NCBI RefSeq assembly: GCF_947568905.1
Contig: NC_079173.1
Coordinates: 42,222,001-42,286,000 of the forward strand
From: Ostrea edulis
Taxonomy: Eukaryota
Length of the DNA: 64,000 nucleotides
Reading direction: 5' to 3'
Positions 56,691 through 64,000 of this stretch are shown one piece after another. The stretch's first letter is position 1, and each line of letters begins with the position of its first letter. The position numbers and the translations under genes were made by a program. Under the pieces are notes generated by a model that ran no database searches, was not told the origin of the DNA, and saw only the letters and a program-made list of their open reading frames with translations.

Positions 56691-57846
56691 ACCTCTTTTG
56701 CTCTCTCCCTTTCACTACAATGGCGGCTGTAAAGTTATGATAAAGCTTGTAATAGCAGCACCACTAGTTGGAATCGTTATGAAATAATCTACAGTAATTA
56801 GTACTGTTAAGTTGATTTATATTTAAAGGAGATTTCAACCATTAAAGCGAGGGTGTTCCCAAAGATTGTGAAGAAACCTGAATAATGATAACTTTGTTTT
56901 ACGCTATTATTTCAGTGTCATAGAGATTGCATTATATAAAGCTTGACCACAGTGTTTTGTGTACTAGTACGTCTTCTTTGTTGTAGAAAAAACTTATCTT
57001 CTTGTGTAAGTTTCATTCCGTTGATTTTCATAGAAGGTCAACAACTTTACAGTATCGTGATAAAGGGAAAAAACAAATAGTGTCATCTTGGGTTGTCGAG
57101 AGCGCATTAAATTTACAATAATCATTGTCTGTTTTATTTTACATATCGATTTCTCGGATTAATTCTTTTGATCCTTAGCGCGAGGAGAAGGTTCTGTGGT
57201 ATTGTTACATTTCGTGTGTTTATTGTCATGCTATTAATGTGCATATTGTTATGTTATTATGAAATAAACATGCCACAACCACATGAATTATTTCTGTAAA
57301 AGGTCAGAGAAAATGAGACCGAAACCTTCCATTTCGGGATTTGAGCCCATAATTCAGTGTCCCACATATTTCTATGTTATATGAGTTGAGATGTCTATTT
57401 TTATCGGGTTTGTGTGGAATAGAAAGGAGTGAATTTTGGTACGCTTCACTTCACATCGGTGTTTACTATTTACCTGTGTGGACGGATTCGACAGGTGTAC
57501 ATCTCGACATGATAATTACATCACTAGTATTCGCTTTTGAAGCATAATATACAGTAGAAACACATCTTTATATAAGATAGAAACACATCTCTATTTGAGA
57601 AGACAGGTACATGTGTTCAGTTACCATGTTTACGTACCATTCCAAATTTAATGTCACGTATTATTGTCAGTTTCCAAAGAGGATTGAATTCGCGGAAGGT
57701 TCAAAATGTTTTTAAAAAATTGCTAATTTACAATTTTTCCTATATTCAGCAAAGAGTTGTTTCAAACATAGATAATACGATTAAGACAATCATCCTAATA
57801 ATATCAGTGACTTATTCACTGGAATAAACCGTCAATGTAAACTAAA

Positions 57847-58949
57847 AACAAGAGGTCCATAGACATTATCGATCACCTGGGTATGACTTAAAAGTATTCC
57901 TAGTCCGAAGTGCTATGGAATCTATAATGATTTTCCTGTTCTGCATACCTAAGCCAAATTCTAATATTTAACAACAGTATATTGATTAATTGTATGTTGT
58001 TTAGCGTCACTTCCGAGAATCTTTCACTCGTATGGAGACGTCACCATTGACGATGAAGGGCTGCAAAATTTAGGTCTATACTATGTACAGGATTAAAGAC
58101 CTATACCCGGCGGTTACGGCCTTTAAGCAGGGAGGGAACTTGATTATGCCACACCTGCTGTGACACGGGACCTCAGTGTTTGCTGTCTCAACCGAAGGAC
58201 CGCCCCATTTAGCCACCTCTTATGACAAGCAAGGGGTACTGAGGACCTATTCTAACCCGGGTCCCCACGGACCAGCAGCTATATAAAACAAGATGTGTTT
58301 TTAAAACACTAATCCCCCTAAAATTTCAACACTGATGAAACACTTTACATTACATACTGTAACATAGTGCACTATATATGACTATTTTGGAACCGTCTTA
58401 GAGCAAGAACCTTTTCTGCTTTTCCTAAATATGCACTTAGTGTTTACACAGTATCAGCAAACTTTAAAAAGTCTTTCACATGATAGAGACATTTAATCTC
58501 TATACCCCCGTGATCATGAAATTTACAATGTCGGTAAAGGGTCACCTGTTCCTTTTAAATATATAATTTGTTTCAATTTAGTATCATAGCATTAATGAAG
58601 ATGTTATCTAAATGTTTAACGCATAGATATTATATATACAAAGTTTGGCCCCGCCCTGGAGTCAGAACCCCTACCCCGGGGATCATGAAATTTATAATAT
58701 TGGTAGAGACCTGCCTGCGCTACATCATTATGCATTAAGGTTTTCTTATAAGTGTGCGGTTGTAGAGAAAAAGATTTTTGTAAATTGGTCATTTTTGGCA
58801 GGGATGCCGGAGTCCTGAAATTTGTAATAACAAAGATACTTCATACCAAATTTAAGAAGAATTGGAAGGGTATTTACATGCATCAAGAAGAAGTTAAATT
58901 GCACGACGGACGACGACGGACGAAGAACTGAGGGACTCGGGTGACCTAA
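57847..58949 (-). mobile_element. HINE-like element (reverse) with nested SINE
   Basis: Reverse complement starts TTAGGTCACCCGAGT..(CGTC)n and ends CAGGTGATCG..GGACCTCTTGTT. Confidence 0.72.
57982..58270 (-). mobile_element. SINE-like copy (14722 family), reverse
   Basis: Full head CCGTGGGGACCCGGGTTAGAATAGGTCCTCAG on minus strand. Confidence 0.85.
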
Positions 58950-59154
58950 GACACGTTTAGAAATACATCCGTGTGTTTCAAATATTAAATTTCGGCACTA
59001 AATCACAGGTACATGAAATGCTCTATTTATCAAAAATAATCATTACGATCTTCTATTCTTATCTTTGATATTGTTTTGCTTTATAAGAATTTAGATTTAT
59101 TAACCAAACACTGTCGGTAAAATAAATAAACCCCAGCCTCCATAAAGCATCGCA

Positions 59155-59157
<3 letters not shown>

Positions 59158-59228
<71 letters not shown>
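59158..59228. repeat. (TA)n microsatellite
   Basis: ~35 TA units. Confidence 0.95.
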
Positions 59229-59237
<9 letters not shown>

Positions 59238-59627
59238 TAAATGAACCTGTAAGTTGTATTTAGGTATAAGAATTGTAAAGCTTTATTTAAACATGAAAAA
59301 GTATTTAAGCTGTACATTTTCAAACTTGGAAAACATTTAAATTTTGTATAAACATGAAAAAACATTTAAGTTATATCGAAACATGAAATAAATAAAGAAA
59401 AAAAAAAAAAAAAAAAAAACACAACGAAACACAAATATCGAGTTATCCTTATTTTCTATAATCTGTGATTAAAATATGAAATATGTACCTATCGATATCT
59501 GCGAAATTTTAACTCAATCAAATTGATTGAATTAAATTAATTGAAAATCAAACAAAATTAAGGAGACCCGCGATAGATCTGTTTGACATCCCGTGTATCA
59601 TGTAGCAATGAGTGATTAGGTACTTAC

Positions 59628-59681
59628 GTCACCGCTATAGTCCCTCGTGTAGTGTCCGCACAACTACTGCTCGCTAAAGAT
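59628..59681 (-). other. Candidate non-coding exon 1 of the precursor gene
   Basis: 54 nt with no ATG, from the Inr A (59681) to a GAC|GTAAGTA donor. Linkage to the 51077 acceptor is inferred. Confidence 0.55.
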
Positions 59682-59712
59682 GACACGAGAATCGTCTGAC
59701 AGGGATTATATA
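59678..59712 (-). promoter_or_regulatory. TATA + Inr core promoter (minus strand)
   Basis: TATATAA at 59712-59706, 31 nt upstream of the A in TCATCT (Inr-like). Confidence 0.6.
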
Positions 59713-59914
59713 GGACGAGAGAGGCATGCGATCAATGGGATCATCCGGGCACTTGTTCAGCTCGCTCGCCTGGACGGAGCTGATTAAATTTATCCAATAA
59801 AAGTGAGAACTACTTCTGTATTGAAATTAATGAAGTGCTGAATGACTCTCTTAAAATAAGAATCTGATATTCTGTCTTATGTCTTACGACTGATTCAGAC
59901 ACCTTAGTATCATC

Positions 59915-61370
59915 ACTGTTCTCACGGATATCGACATTTAACCACTCAAAGTAAATACCATTCTCACGGATATAGATATTTAACCACGCAAACTAAACAC
60001 CATTCTCACGGATATCGACATTTAACCACGCAAAGCAAATACCATTCTCACGGATATCGACATTTAACCACGCAAAGTAAATACCATTCTCACGGATATC
60101 GACATTTAACCACGCAAACTAAACACCGTTCTCACGGATATTGACATTTAACCACGCAAAGTAAATACCATTCTCACAGATATCGACATTTAACCACGCA
60201 AAGCAAATACCATTCTCAGGGATATCGACATTTAACCACGCAAAGTAAATACCATTCTCACGGATATCAACATTTAACCACGCAAACTAAACACCGTTCT
60301 CACGGATATCGACATTTAACCACACAAACTAAACACCATTCTCACGGATATCGACATTTAACCACTCAAACTAAACACCGTTCTCACGGATATCGACATT
60401 TAACCACGCAAACTAAACACCATTCTCACGGATATCGACATTTAACCATGCACACTAAACACCGTTCTCAGGGATATCGACATTTAAGCACGCAAACTAA
60501 ACACCATCCTCACGGATATCGACATTTAACCATGCACACTAAACACCATTCTCATGGATATCGACATCTAACCACGAAAACTAAACACCATTCTCACAGA
60601 TATCGACATTTAACCACGCAAAGCAAATACCATTCTCACGGATATCGACATTTAACCACCCAAAGTAAATATCATTCTCACAGATATCGACATTTAACCA
60701 CGCAAAGCAAATACCATTCTCACGGATATCGACATTTAACCACGCAAACTAAACACCGTTCTCACGGATATCGACATTTAACCACACAAACTAAACACAA
60801 TTCTCACGGATATCGACATTTAACCACTCAAACTAAACACCGTTCTCACGAATATAGACATTTAACCATGCACACTAAACACCATTCTCAGGGATATCGA
60901 CATTTAATCACGCAAACTAAACACTGTTCACGCGGATATCGACATTTAACCACGCAAACTAAACACCATTCTCACGGATATCGACATCTAACCACGCAAA
61001 CTAAACACCGTTCTCACGGATATCGACATTTAACCACGCAAACTAAACACCGTTCTCACGGATATCGACATTTAACCACTCAAACTAAACACCATTCTCA
61101 CGGATATCGACATTTAACCACGCAAACTAAACACCATTCTCACGGATATCGACATTTAACCACGCAAACTAAACACCGTTCTCACGGATATCGACATTTA
61201 ACCACGCAAACTAAACACCATTCTCACGGATATCGACATTTAACCACGCAAACTAAACACCGTTCTCACGGATATCGACATTTAACCATGCACACTAAAC
61301 ACCATTCTCAGGGATATCGACATTTAAGCACGCAAACTAAACACCGTTCTCACGGATATCGACATTCACC
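59915..61370. repeat. 42-bp minisatellite x ~35
   Basis: cattctcacggatatcgacatttaaccacgcaaactaaacac; produces the 331-aa repetitive ORF. Confidence 0.95.
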
Positions 61371-61894
61371 TAACAACACAGTATTTTTACTTGTTACCAA
61401 TTTATTTTTTAAATCCCAGATTAGGTATCAAAATGCATCATAGTGTTAAAACTAGTTTCATAACATTGTGACATTCATGATAAATTCAGTGTCGACACAA
61501 ACGGATTTTGGCAATAGCAATACCAAGAACGACAAACGCACTGGTCTTCCAGTCTTCTAAACACGCGTCATTTTCCTCTGCTAACAATTCAAAGACGCGT
61601 GAGTTCCCACTGCTAACAATTCAAAGACGCATTAGTTCCCACTGCTAACAATTCAAAGACACGTGGGTTTTCACTGTTAGCAATTCAAATACGGGTGAGT
61701 TCTCACTGCTAACAATTCAAAGACGCATTAGTTCCCACTGCTAACAATTCAAAGACATGTATCCACATGTTTCAGACCCCCCCCCCCCCAAAAAAAAATA
61801 GTAATGATTTTGAAAAAACCTGCTTCTTTATCAATTTGTTCATAACGAAATACCATACAGAGAAGCAAGCAGACGAGTTAAATGGATAGAAATC

Positions 61895-62170
61895 ACAAGA
61901 TTACTTACAGTTTGTATAATAAATGTGTATAAATCACAAGATTACTTACAGTTTGTATAATAAATGTATATAAATCACAATATTACTTACAGTTTGTATA
62001 ATAAATGTATATAAATCACAATATTACTTACAGTTTGTATAATAAATGTATATAAATCACCAGATTACTTACAGTTTGTATAATAAATATATATAAATCA
62101 CAATATTACTTACAGTTTGTATAATAAATGTATATAAATCACAAGATTACTTACAGTTTGTATAATAAAT
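61895..62170. repeat. 41-bp minisatellite
   Basis: aaatcacaagattacttacagtttgtataataaatgtatat. Confidence 0.9.
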
Positions 62171-62244
62171 AAGGAAGGTGAACCTTTACCGGAGAATCTG
62201 AGACTATTTACAACCATGAAGACATTCTAGATCACGTGTTCCTA

Positions 62245-62410
62245 GAGAAAACGTGTTTGTCATTCTTACCGGTACAGAAAAAACGTGTTTGTCACACATA
62301 CCGGTACAGAAAAAACGTGTTTGTCATTCTTACCGGTACAGAAAAAACGTGTTTGTCACACATACCGGTACAGAAAAAACGTGTTTGTCATTCTTACCGG
62401 TACAGAGAAA
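62245..62410. repeat. 32-bp minisatellite x 5
   Basis: gaaaaaacgtgtttgtc(acacat/attctt)accggtaca. Confidence 0.88.
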
Positions 62411-63446
62411 ACATTTTGATGTGATATTGAAGAAAATACATAAAATGGTCTCTAAGTTTTGTACAAGTACTACCAGAGGATTGGCGTGTCATGAAAATCA
62501 ATAAGAGGTGATGTTGTCACGCACGTAAAGCGATAATTCAATCTATAAGCCATAAGGAAGACAATTTCGTTTCTACGTCTCACCTGTCCAGACACGTTTA
62601 AACACCTTACTGACCAGTAAAGAGAGAAAATAATAAAAGAGTCATTGTGTGTGTACTGTACAAATGCGAAATACATCACCCAAGCCCCACGAGGATTGAA
62701 ATATAGCGCTAAATATCAACTTAAAACTGTTAACTTCTGTCATTAAAAATGATGTCAATTGCGTCAGGACGTTAATTATCAACACGACACACTTTTAACT
62801 TCTGTCATTAAGAAAGTAATATTCGGAGTTTAACTCGAGACGTGGAACATTTTGCAGTTCTGATAACACGAACGTGTCATTCTGGTAGATTTCATCATTA
62901 CAGAGTCTAAAATTACCTTAATCTGAGATTAAGTGACTAATTGTAACACCTGGGATAACTTTAACCTGTCGTGTACTTTTACCGATTTGTTTTTAAATAA
63001 ATGAACCCGAGAGCAAAGTATGTGATATATTTACACCTCCTATGATTTTCGTCTTTGCTTAACAAACAGCAATGGTTATGAATGCGCTGCTGTAGGGAAC
63101 AATGCGCGTATGGATCTTGATCAAATAGCACCTCTATTTTAATGACTGGAAATTCCGACAAAAAATAAAAGTAGAATGTAAATATTTAAACAATGAAATG
63201 CTTTCTTTGTTGTTTCATCGAGTGATGAAGGTAGCTAGCATTGCAGAAAAATGCATTATCCGGATAAGTGGTGAAGGTATATATGTGACGTATTAAATTT
63301 ATGTTGGATGTGCGCAAGTGCGCTAGAAAAATATTATTAGAAACATTATGGGAGATGAGGTATATAGTCGTACTGAATAATTATTTTATGTTAAACTTGA
63401 AATTTACCCCCCCCTCCATTGCTCATTGTGGTTCTCTCTACCCTGT

Positions 63447-63689
63447 GCCTCCGTGGCGTAGTGGTTACAACATTGCGCTCAAACTCGCATATACTCTTAC
63501 CTCTGCTCGGGGCGGGTTCGAATCCTGCTCACACCAGTAAGTGAGAAAGTTTCACAGTTTACTTGCGGAAGGTCGGTGGTCTCTTCCCAGGTACATTGTA
63601 TCTGGGTTCTCTCCTCCCCAATAAAAACTGGGCGCTACCATACAACTGAAAAATTGTTGAGTGTGGCGGAAAACTTCAATCAATCAATC
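63447..63689 (+). mobile_element. tRNA-derived SINE (48320 family)
   Basis: A/B boxes, shared body, (TCAA)n tail. Confidence 0.82.
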
Positions 63690-64000
63690 TGTCTGGCTAT
63701 CTTTTGCTGAATGTGTCCCGCCAACAGCCTGCAGGCCATACTCGCTTGAAATCATTTCGCTTGCAACATCAAGTGATCATGAATATTTCAAAATGGGGCG
63801 TTCACTATCCGACTCGGAGAATATATCACTAAATAAGAAATTATTTTGATTACTTTTAGGCCAAAAACACACTACAGTGCATTTGTAATACTTTAAAGTT
63901 AATATATAGTAATATATATATAGTTATATAGTAAACTATAAATATAGTAATGGGAATGGAATATCAAGAGGTTTCCATTCTGTCGTGAGAAATTATAGGT

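Overview
Eukaryotic, AT-rich genomic DNA, probably from an oyster or related bivalve. That assignment is inferred from the repeat families. 833-35714 (+) holds 23 coding exons of a kinesin-1 heavy chain (Khc/KIF5). Exon 1 lies upstream of the window. All 23 exons have AG/GT boundaries with consistent phases and give 928 aa plus stop. A probable 3'-UTR intron and a ~5 kb terminal exon follow, ending near 43.8-44.0 kb. On the minus strand, a compact ORF (51072-50725, 115 aa) looks like a neuropeptide/prohormone precursor (signal peptide, KR/KR/KK sites) that I cannot assign to a family. Its plausible TATA+Inr promoter and non-coding first exon are at 59712-59628. A complete minimal type I hammerhead ribozyme sits in sense orientation in a kinesin intron (23233-23285). 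Many kinesin splice sites are copied into, or abut, tandem arrays. The remainder is non-autonomous mobile DNA (Helentron/HINE-like elements, MITEs, SINEs, a Penelope-like fragment) and minisatellites. There are no CRISPR arrays or intact tRNA/rRNA genes.
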